From a virus (Duplodnaviria; Caudoviricetes), in the IMG/VR virus record IMGVR_UViG_3300009435_000016, positions 1-43,280 of that record: a DNA stretch of 43,280 nucleotides; one strand, written 5' to 3'. Position numbers and translations under genes: made by a program. A model generated the notes under the pieces. That model saw only the letters and a list, made by a program, of their open reading frames with translations. It was not told the DNA's origin and did no database searches. Positions 9,499-16,976 of this stretch are shown piece by piece; within the stretch, counting starts at the first letter, position 1, and every line of letters starts with the position of its first letter.

Positions 9499-10107
9499 CT
9501 ATGCCGCAGGGGCGTCTGCGAAGCTTTCTTCGTTAGTTTCGCCCTGTGGGGTTTCGTCTGCCTCTACTACAACGTCGGTAGCGGTTTCTTCAGCCGCGAC
9601 AGGAGTCACGGCAGCAGCAGTTGCGGCTTCATTCGAAGCAACGATAGCTGCTGCGGCTGCTGGATTGGAGGCTCCAACAAGGCTGATTAGCTGTTGGACC
9701 AATGCAGCTTGCTGTGCATCTCGTACTGCTTGCGCAGCGAGGTGCGCATTCAAGATTACCGTTGCAGCATTAGACGCTGCAGAGGAATCGTTGTAGCTCG
9801 TACCAGGGACGTACAAGTGAAGGTGGGGCCAGTTGACCCATTCGTTCTTCTTGGTGTAACCGTTGCGGTCTTCGACTACGTAGCCCTTGGCTTCGAGTGC
9901 TGCCTTGGCGACAGCGAGTTGCTTGCCTCGTGCAATGGGTCCGAAGTTCTTAACGCCTTTCTTAATGGCGGTTAGGTCGACTTGAAAAGTCTTATAATCG
10001 GATTCTGCTTTTTGCCATTCGCGGATAGTGTAATCATCCGAGTTGGGGAGGGCAGACAAGAGGAGGGGAAGAGTGTAGAGTGCGGCTGCGGCGACGATGG
10101 TAGACAT
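9499..10107 (-). CDS. hypothetical protein with Ala/Glu-rich C-terminal tail
   Basis: Start moved to MSTIV (AGGAG RBS); bracketed by hairpins at 9464 and 10157. Confidence 0.75.
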   Translation of the reverse strand: MSTIVAAAALYTLPLLLSALPNSDDYTIREWQKAESDYKTFQVDLTAIKKGVKNFGPIARGKQLAVAKAALEAKGYVVEDRNGYTKKNEWVNWPHLHLYVPGTSYNDSSAASNAATVILNAHLAAQAVRDAQQAALVQQLISLVGASNPAAAAAIVASNEAATAAAVTPVAAEETATDVVVEADETPQGETNEESFADAPAA

Positions 10108-10194
10108 GGTGTACTCCTGGTACAATGTGTTGGGTGACTGATTTCAGTCTTTAGAAAGGGACCTCGTGAGAGGTCCCTCAGGGTGGCTCTGCAA

Positions 10195-10479
10195 TTAAGC
10201 AGAGCTGGATACGGATTGAGCTTCGGATGCTGTGAGAGTGTCTCTCCAGCCACGTACACGTGATGTGATGTCTTGCCACCAAGGTGGATTGGCAACGAGT
10301 TCGTAGGTGCCTTGAGTAATAAGGTTCAGAGAGAACAGAACTCCAAAAGGTACAGCGCAGATGGTGAAGAAGATGCTCATGGCCTCTACAAGGCTGTAGA
10401 ATTTGTATAGAAGACCAAGGCCGGTGATACCGACAATGATCTTCAGCCACCATGGAAACCAATTAGGTTTATCATCCAT
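10195..10479 (-). CDS. small 2-TM membrane protein
   Basis: Two hydrophobic helices; weak resemblance to 29939-30250. Confidence 0.65.
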   Translation of the reverse strand: MDDKPNWFPWWLKIIVGITGLGLLYKFYSLVEAMSIFFTICAVPFGVLFSLNLITQGTYELVANPPWWQDITSRVRGWRDTLTASEAQSVSSSA

Positions 10480-10492
10480 TGTTTTTTCCGGG

Positions 10493-10756
10493 TTAGAGAG
10501 CGGAACTACTTCCGCTCATGTATTTCTTCCAAGCATCAGAGCCAGTACCCTTAGGGCGACTGCTAGGTCCCTTGAAAGGACCAGACTTATAGCCACCAGT
10601 ACCACGAATGCGGTGACCGTAGCTTTGTTTGCCACGAGCCTCTTTGTTCGTACGGTATTCTGGTGTCTTAGCGCTGCGGCGTTGACCACGAGCAGTAGTA
10701 GGGTCTCGATTGGGAGTAACAGGATTCTGACGATGATTTGGATTGTAAGGTGCCAC
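10493..10756 (-). CDS. basic, disordered small protein
   Basis: Arg/Lys/Gly/Pro-rich; GTG start with AGGA RBS. Confidence 0.55.
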   Translation of the reverse strand: MAPYNPNHRQNPVTPNRDPTTARGQRRSAKTPEYRTNKEARGKQSYGHRIRGTGGYKSGPFKGPSSRPKGTGSDAWKKYMSGSSSAL

Positions 10757-10953
10757 GAGTTGTCCTGGTTGTTAGGCTATAGTGCCTTTGAATATTAGGG
10801 CGTGAGCCCGTTGCAGCTATGAACGTGCAGCGTTCCGCAGCTTGTGCTTCTTTGGAGGGAGAGCTTGAGGTTGTTCAACCTTGGCATTAGCGAATTGATT
10901 GCGGCGGGCTTTGCGTCGATTGAGGACAATACGACGAGCGGCTTGATATTTAT

Positions 10954-11163
10954 TCATAATGTAAGTCCTGGGAATAGAGTCATGGCGAGAGAGATTGCTG
11001 CGCTAAGGCTGATAACGGCATACAAACCATTCATGGGAATGATTAGATTGAAAGTATTCATCATTTGTTGATCGCGTGATGACATCATCCCTAGTACAAG
11101 AATATTGGTTGAAAACATGACGAAGCATAGTATCAGTACAAGGAGATAAGCTAACATTGGCAA
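10954..11163 (-). CDS. small 2-TM membrane protein
   Basis: Two hydrophobic segments. Confidence 0.55.
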   Translation of the reverse strand: MPMLAYLLVLILCFVMFSTNILVLGMMSSRDQQMMNTFNLIIPMNGLYAVISLSAAISLAMTLFPGLTL

Positions 11164-11299
11164 GAGCCCTGTGTTTGATTTGAAGAGGTGAGAGATTTAG
11201 CACCCGAGGGTACATGGCTCTCTCAGGCCGTAGAGACGATCTGATTAAGATCATCCTCCACCAGGGTAATACTTATCCTGTATTCCAAAGGAATGAGTG

Positions 11300-11515
11300 T
11301 TAGAATTGATCAGTTTCTGGGATGTCAGTATCATAGAAAATGATAGTAGCAGCGCCAGTGTCGTGATGACCTGTATCGGGTACAGGCTGGGGAGATGGGA
11401 GGAAGGCTTGGCTATAATAGATAAGCGCTAAGCCCATAAATAGACCAAATACGGCTATAGAATATAAGCCCATTTGAGCTGGAAATAGAGCAGGTTCTTT
11501 GCTATTCGAAAGCAT
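11300..11515 (-). CDS. small membrane protein
   Basis: Start moved to MLSNSK (GAGG RBS) because the track start lies inside tRNA-Lys; one TM. Confidence 0.6.
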   Translation of the reverse strand: MLSNSKEPALFPAQMGLYSIAVFGLFMGLALIYYSQAFLPSPQPVPDTGHHDTGAATIIFYDTDIPETDQF

Positions 11516-11534
11516 AGGGGGTACCTCTGGTATG

Positions 11535-11610
11535 TGGTGGGGCACACAGGGATCGAACCTGTGACAAGAAGATTAAAAGTCTTCTGCTCTGCCAACTGAG
11601 CTAGTGCCCC
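11535..11610 (-). tRNA. tRNA-Lys(UUU)
   Basis: GGGGCAC-TAGCTCAGTTGGCAGAGC-A-GAAGA-CTTTTAA-TCTTC...ACAGG-TTCGATC-CCTGT-GTGCCCC-ACCA; canonical 76-nt cloverleaf. Confidence 0.97.
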
Positions 11611-11766
11611 TGGGAGTTATTCTTCTGGAATAAGATTTCGGTAATCGGACATGTCGAAAGCTGATGCTGTACAACGACCGAGGTCTTGTGGGCGATTGTA
11701 TCGCCAGATAATGTCCCCTGGCATTAGGTAATCATGTTGGAGAAGTAACATATGATATACCTGTTG

Positions 11767-12129
11767 TTAAGTTAGTAGCACTAAGTAATTAATTGTTAGA
11801 TGCATAGTATTGTCAACAATTATTAGTAGCCAGACGCTGAGAAACGGAGGTGCATCTGGAGTTGGTGAACCAAATTGTTTGGATAGCCATCCCGGTTTAC
11901 CTGTTCCCCAAAAATCAACCCAATACTGTGCAAGTCGGTAATGGTCAATAATGAGATGTGTAGATACAATGATTAACCATTGCCAAAAATTGGCACCTAG
12001 AACAAGGAAGGGGATACCGTATAACAAGACATGAAGAATAGCAGGCAGCCATGCTTTGGTTTTGTTATTAGCCATCCAATGGTTTTGTAAAACATAGTCA
12101 CCTATAAGGTGTGCGATAAGTTGACTCAT
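11767..12129 (-). CDS. DUF3307-like membrane protein
   Basis: LIAHLIGDYVLQNHWMA.NK, HVLLY, HLIIDH, VDNTMH motif pattern. Confidence 0.8.
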   Translation of the reverse strand: MSQLIAHLIGDYVLQNHWMANNKTKAWLPAILHVLLYGIPFLVLGANFWQWLIIVSTHLIIDHYRLAQYWVDFWGTGKPGWLSKQFGSPTPDAPPFLSVWLLIIVDNTMHLTINYLVLLT

Positions 12130-12158
12130 TAATGTGTTTTCCTTGAAAAGTAATGAAG

Positions 12159-12549
12159 TGGTGGACCTGTCGGGAGTCGAACCCGAGTGTCGAGCAGCCT
12201 TTCGTTTTTGAGATACATGCTTGCTTAGTTTTGTCAGTGAAAGCGCACTTAGTTTGTCTTTCCATACTGTCGTCCATACGAATAGTGCACTACTAGCTTA
12301 ACCCATTATGGAATGGAGGTTGTCTAGCTGAGGATCTTATTTTACACCCAGGAACGTTCAGATCGGTTCCAGACCCGGATGTCTTAGCTCTCGAAAGAGC
12401 TAACGGCTTATTAGGCCGCCATCGCTACTTGAGCAATGAAGAAGTTGTTATTGTTATTGGCAATTACATTTGTTGAACAGTTTAAGACTGAATCTCGTCT
12501 GCATGCCCATAGAGTACTTGTACTACCCGGTCGATACCGGTGCAGGCCC
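12159..12549 (-). ncRNA. ssrA: tmRNA
   Basis: 5' GGGCCTG pairs with 3' CAGGTCC-ACCA with G3:U Ala determinant; T-arm TCGGG-TTCGACT-CCCGA; tag ORF 12461-12411 encodes ANNNNNFFIAQVAMAA then TAA TAA. Confidence 0.95.
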
Positions 12550-12638
12550 ATAGGGGGTGGACGCTTTCAATTTCTTATTAATGACTAACATTGGTTACTA
12601 CGTATTTCCCCAATGGTTTTGCTAATAATACTTTATTC

Positions 12639-12710
12639 AGTTAAGGACAGGAATTGAACCTGTGACGCCAGGGTTACCACCTGCGCTCTACCAAACTGAG
12701 CTACCTTCGT
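12639..12710 (-). pseudogene. degenerate tRNA (Thr-GGU-like)
   Basis: Good D arm (TAGCTCAGTTTGGTAGAGC) and T arm (ACAGG-TTCAATT-CCTGT), but only 4 acceptor pairs, shortened anticodon arm CAGG-TGGTAA-CCCTG, no CCA. Confidence 0.75.
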
Positions 12711-12845
12711 CCATAAGTGTTTGTATACTTTCCTGATACTCGGTATACAAGCGAGCAGTAAAGCCTCTCTAGCGAGGCACCAGTAGTAAAATCCACTAAG
12801 GATAGCTTGTTGCAAGCAACAGAGGCCCAGTGGATGTGACTAGTA

Positions 12846-13046
12846 TTAGTTAAGTTGCATTGGCAACGGATTGCAGTAGTGTTCTACTTCGTTGATATCA
12901 ACAACGAGCTTGAATGCACCAGGGCCATCCCAGTCGAGAACAACAGTAACTGTTTCTTCTTCTGGTGTCCATCTGGTGCCGGTCACAGTACCAATGCTGT
13001 TGCTATCGTTTTTGATTTGAACACGATCGTCTACGTGGAATTCCAT
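12846..13046 (-). CDS. small SH3/KOW-like beta protein
   Basis: F.VDDRVQI...GTVTG pattern; AGGAG RBS. Confidence 0.6.
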   Translation of the reverse strand: MEFHVDDRVQIKNDSNSIGTVTGTRWTPEEETVTVVLDWDGPGAFKLVVDINEVEHYCNPLPMQLN

Positions 13047-13088
13047 TGTTATTCTCCTATAGAGATCCCTGCCTTCTGGCAGGGTTGG

Positions 13089-13283
13089 TTAATACTCTGG
13101 GAGGTAAACCAGTTGTTGACCCCATGGGTGTTGTACTACCCACATGATTGTTTTGAAGGAGTAACGATATTTGATTATCGTGGTATGGTAAGGGGTGTCT
13201 AGGGAAGGAGGGTGGCTAACAGTAGTTCTGGCGGAAGCTATTGAGATACCTTCCTCAGTCCAGATTAGGTTGCCTACTTTCAT
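13089..13283 (-). CDS. hypothetical protein
   Basis: Start moved to MKVGNLIW (GAG-poor, but ATGA-coupled to the reconstructed upstream gene). Confidence 0.55.
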   Translation of the reverse strand: MKVGNLIWTEEGISIASARTTVSHPPSLDTPYHTTIIKYRYSFKTIMWVVQHPWGQQLVYLPEY

Positions 13284-13981
13284 GATGTTATTGGAGTGTG
13301 CGTGCCTACGGGTAAGCATGGGATGATAATATTAGCCATGTTGGCAGATTGTGTTATTCGTGGATTTCCATAATGGAAAACGTTTTGAATATCACTATCG
13401 CCTAATTTGATGGCGATAGTTTTCTACCCAGTACATCTTCGATATGAGTAACTAATTCATTTCGAATATGGGGGGGTAGCAACATTGCATTTTTTGTTTA
13501 CGTCTAAGAGCCATCGGTGACGAGTGTTTGCAAGTGCTTCTGGAAAACGTGCACGACGAGAAAAGCATAAGTTGAGGATGAATGATTTTGAAGGATCTAC
13601 TTGGTCGCATAACTTGAAAGTCTTTTCAAGATATCCATCAGTGAGATAGGTTAGAGGGCCCATGGTCCCATCGAAAGAGATAACAGGCGATACGCCAGGT
13701 TTAATCTTTCGATTAGAGGTATCCCACCACTCTTTACCAAAGAAGAGGTGTTCTCCATATTTGGCTCGTACTTCTGCATTGTGCTCTGCTGCAAAGTAAG
13801 CGAAGCCAGGGGTGTTGAATTGGCGTGTGCGTTCTCGAATATGTGGACCCGGAAGGTCCACTATTGTAGCAGTACCTGGAATGTACTTACGAGATAAGGT
13901 TTTGATAGCTTCGTATAACCTAAACTTAAGAACAGCGTTGGAGTCAACTTTGTTGTCGTATTTAACAGGTATATGATGCAT
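13280..13981 (-). pseudogene. frameshifted gene, possibly SAM-methyltransferase-like fold
   Basis: ORF stops at 13457 just after a C7 run; the same frame resumes (KTIAIKLG...PITS) to TGA 13280, overlapping the next ATG. Confidence 0.55.
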
Positions 13982-14041
13982 GGTAGGTCCTTGTGGCTAT
14001 TGGGTCAAACTCTTAGAAAAAGAGTTTAAAGAGGGGTAGTC

Positions 14042-14431
14042 TTAGTAGACGTCATGCTTCTCGTGTATGAGACTGACAGCATTAGCAGTTATTGCGCCTA
14101 TTACAAGGGCTACCATGGTAGCAACGAGTAAAGTCATACATGTACCAGTTAAAACGCTGTTGATGATTTCAGGTTCAATGTTTCTTGTTGGTGGATTAGT
14201 CCATAGCATGTTGTAGAGAACGGTAGAGAAGGCAATTGCAGCTGGCGTGAATGAGAACATTACTAGTTGTGAAACGTAGTATCTGGCATGAGTCTTGGCA
14301 GCGCTTTGTATGCGCGCCAACTCAATGCGTTCTTCCATAGCTTTGACTTGAGCAGAGTTCATGTTGGAGAGTGCGTTGAGAGTACCTATGGATTGAGTAA
14401 CGGTAGGCGGGGGTGGAGGTAGACGTGTCAT
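14042..14431 (-). CDS. 2-TM membrane protein with Pro-rich N-terminus
   Basis: PPPPP then two hydrophobic helices. Confidence 0.7.
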   Translation of the reverse strand: MTRLPPPPPTVTQSIGTLNALSNMNSAQVKAMEERIELARIQSAAKTHARYYVSQLVMFSFTPAAIAFSTVLYNMLWTNPPTRNIEPEIINSVLTGTCMTLLVATMVALVIGAITANAVSLIHEKHDVY

Positions 14432-14455
14432 TGGTAGCTCTCAGGGTGTATGAGG

Positions 14456-14542
14456 TGGTAAGTAAGGTAGGATTAGAACCTACATACCCGACATGGGAAC
14501 TGCTGTACAGACAGTTGTGCTCGCCAATACACATGCTTGCTT
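14456..14542 (-). tRNA. tRNA-Tyr(GUA), atypical
   Basis: AAGCAAG/CTTACTT-ACCA acceptor (one mismatch), ACTGT-CTGTACA-GCAGT anticodon arm, long variable arm, GTAGG-TTCTAAT-CCTAC T arm. Confidence 0.8.
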
Positions 14543-14957
14543 ATAGAGGGCAGGCTTGTTTGAATGCACAATCCATTACCGCAATACGCCAGTAACACCA
14601 GCGATCGCTATAGTAGCTGAGATTGGAAGTAATGATGTCGTTAGTGTTTTCATTATACTTGGTATGGAATACATTTACGCCCCATTCATATGTGTCGTGT
14701 GGGTCGTCGCCCCATACTTGAGGGTTCCAACTGGTACAGAGGTGAAGGCGTAGGTGTTTCCACGCTTCTTGAACTTGGGGATGTGAGGCGCCAAGAGCTT
14801 TGGTTAGTTGATATAGGCCCATAGTTTCGCTAAACATGAGGCTGCGAGGGCTATTCTTTTTGTATTTGCGGATACGCTGTTCAGCTCTGCGAATGGCATT
14901 CCGATTATAAACAGGATGACCCCACCAGCTAATTTTGCGTGCAATGCGTAGTTTCAT
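14541..14957 (-). CDS. hypothetical basic protein
   Basis: 138-aa ORF, MKLRIARKI start, AAGGT RBS. Confidence 0.7.
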   Translation of the reverse strand: MKLRIARKISWWGHPVYNRNAIRRAEQRIRKYKKNSPRSLMFSETMGLYQLTKALGASHPQVQEAWKHLRLHLCTSWNPQVWGDDPHDTYEWGVNVFHTKYNENTNDIITSNLSYYSDRWCYWRIAVMDCAFKQACPL

Positions 14958-15124
14958 GATAGCACCTTGGGTAAGAGCAGGCTTTGGGCATAATACATAT
15001 TATGTTATATGCACCTAACTTGATGGTTTTCGCAGAGGAGTACGAGTCCCCAACCCAGCAGGATGCCAGGTTAGCCGATAGTTGCTACTGGTTACCAAGT
15101 ACCAGAGTGTAGGAATTAGAGTGG

Positions 15125-15478
15125 TTAGAGTTCATTCGCCGAAACGAATTCAATCCAACCACCGTAGTATCCATTGTGTTCAGTACGTAGTTCCAGGTCT
15201 AAGTCAGCGAACTGACTTTTAACTGTATAGAAGCACGTATCTATTACTTCACATTCGTTATCATCTTTCGATGTAACGTCGGACTCAGTTACCGAGATAA
15301 CTGTTTGTCCGAGGAAGTAAGCAATATCCGTAGCCTCAAGAGGCAGGATATATGCATGAGCACAACAATCACCCATTGACCGATAGACTAGCTCATGAGT
15401 GTCAGAGACAAACGTGAGATAGTATCCATCAGGATCGAGTGTGATTTTTCTAATAGTATGTCCGATAAGTTGTCGCAT
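15125..15478 (-). CDS. conserved small phage protein (DUF7448-like)
   Basis: GDCC..AY and FY.V......L....HNGYYGG motif pattern. Confidence 0.6.
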   Translation of the reverse strand: MRQLIGHTIRKITLDPDGYYLTFVSDTHELVYRSMGDCCAHAYILPLEATDIAYFLGQTVISVTESDVTSKDDNECEVIDTCFYTVKSQFADLDLELRTEHNGYYGGWIEFVSANEL

Positions 15479-15489
15479 TGTAGAGTCCT

Positions 15490-15900
15490 CTACATAGCGT
15501 GAATGCTATGCGAGCACTTGCTGTAGAATATCTATATGGGACGGTGAGTCAGGACCTATTAGATTGGATTGGGGGCACCAGAACGGATGCATACATTCTA
15601 GTCCCAGGTATGCAAGCTGGGATAACGCTCGTGATTGTAGCGACTAGAAAACGAGTGACGCTGTTGAGAAGTGGAATCATCGTTTGGGTGCATACAGGCC
15701 ACCTGGGTATGCAAGCCAGGGATTGTAGTAATTCGACATTTAAGGGGGCCACAATGTCCGGCCTCCACAATCATACGAGTTGATACCTCGCAGTTAACCC
15801 GTTTGTAGGATCTCTTTGCAGAGATCCAGGAAGTGGAGCGACACTTTTACCTTGGTATCAACAAGGAGCGCTATTGACTAACAGTATTGCTACCGTTTCG
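15490..15900 (-). ncRNA. candidate large structured ncRNA with tandem pseudoknots
   Basis: No credible ORF; two GCAA-capped stems, 9-bp long-range helix, three hairpin loops with downstream complements. Confidence 0.65.
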
Positions 15901-16146
15901 CTACTCATGGGTGTCGGATTTAGGTCGCAAGAGTACTACAATTGGATTAGTAATACGTGAAGCAAGTACAATATTGCACATGGCTTCTGCTTTGAATCTG
16001 TCTTCTGGTTGAGGATGGGTATCGCCGCCGAAAATGAAGCCAGCGCAAGCTTGGAATGCTCGCACGAGCACTTCCTTTTCTAAATTGTTGACCGGGGGTG
16101 ATAGTACGACTACTCTATCTGATTGTTGGAGGGTATGTAGTGACAT
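15901..16146 (-). CDS. hypothetical protein
   Basis: 81 aa, GGAGG RBS. Confidence 0.65.
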   Translation of the reverse strand: MSLHTLQQSDRVVVLSPPVNNLEKEVLVRAFQACAGFIFGGDTHPQPEDRFKAEAMCNIVLASRITNPIVVLLRPKSDTHE

Positions 16147-16147
16147 G

Positions 16148-16291
16148 TTACCTCCAGTAATGGTGAACCGTTTCTGGATCTTTACAAGGTGGGATGCAAT
16201 TGCATCCTGGTGTATCAGGTATTGAGGAGATGAACAGTAAGACTAAAGGAAGTATTACTAAGAGTAGGAAGAGCAGGGTGCCTGTAGCCAT
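16148..16291 (-). CDS. small membrane peptide (47 aa)
   Basis: MATGTLLFLLLVILPLVLLFISSIPDTPGCNCIPPCKDPETVHHYWR. Confidence 0.45.
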   Translation of the reverse strand: MATGTLLFLLLVILPLVLLFISSIPDTPGCNCIPPCKDPETVHHYWR

Positions 16292-16689
16292 CTAAAGTTC
16301 TTTGGGGTGCAAGATGTAAGCTCGTTTTGTTTCTTTATCCATCGTTGCTCCAGGTTTAAAAAGGTATCCATGTACTGCTGTTTTAGTGGAGTCGGCCACC
16401 ATTGCATGTACTTACGTATAGGATTGATGCGTCAAACTATTAGCGCGACCCGCTTCTTGGTTGAATACTTGTTCATAATCCACTGTAGGCGCACTTCTCG
16501 ACTAAATGACATTCTCCTAACCCTACGAGTTAAGAGCGTTTAGATAGCCTCAAACGAAGACACTCGTAAGAGCTGTAAAGAACTTTTTTCGGAACCTAGT
16601 TTGATAAGAAGCATATAGAGGTGGGGGGTGTCCATGTAGTACTGCGTATAAGCTTTGACTACTAACGCTTAGGACAGAAGCGCTTCTCT

Positions 16690-16970
16690 GCAAGAAACAC
16701 TTGCAATTTCTCTATTTACACTACCGCTGCATTTAGGCATTGGTCCGTTGACGGGGATCTTCTGGGTTTCAAAGCCAGCGTGCTTTAGGGCTTACAGGCC
16801 CATTGTCTTACAGAACTTTGGCTGTAACCAAAGAGGAAAATGTTGCTTTGTAGTTATTAGCATTTATCCCAACCACTGCCACGAGGAGGCTAACTACGTA
16901 GTGGTCATTAGAGCCCAGGAGGGGCTCTCTTGTAGGAGGGTAGCAGCCGAAGCTGCCCCTCCTGAATTGG
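16690..16970 (-). ncRNA. candidate structured RNA 3' of the RNA polymerase gene
   Basis: Series of hairpins: UUCG-capped stem, CCUCCU-type loops, complementary UUACAG/CUGUAA loops. Confidence 0.5.
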
Positions 16971-16976
16971 TGCCTG

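Noticed and set aside
15024-15110. tRNA-like 3' end (GGGGA-CTCGTAC-TCCTC...ACCA on the minus strand)
   Set aside because: No convincing acceptor, D or anticodon arm; at most a relic
15499-15783. ORFs of 94 aa (+) and 73 aa (-)
   Set aside because: No RBS, and the repeated peptide reflects the repeated hairpins; RNA structure explains the region better
16292-16512. Minus ORF with AGGAG RBS interrupted by an in-frame TGA, suggesting stop-codon recoding
   Set aside because: Isolated case; TAA, TAG and TGA all end genes normally and long genes are intact in code 11
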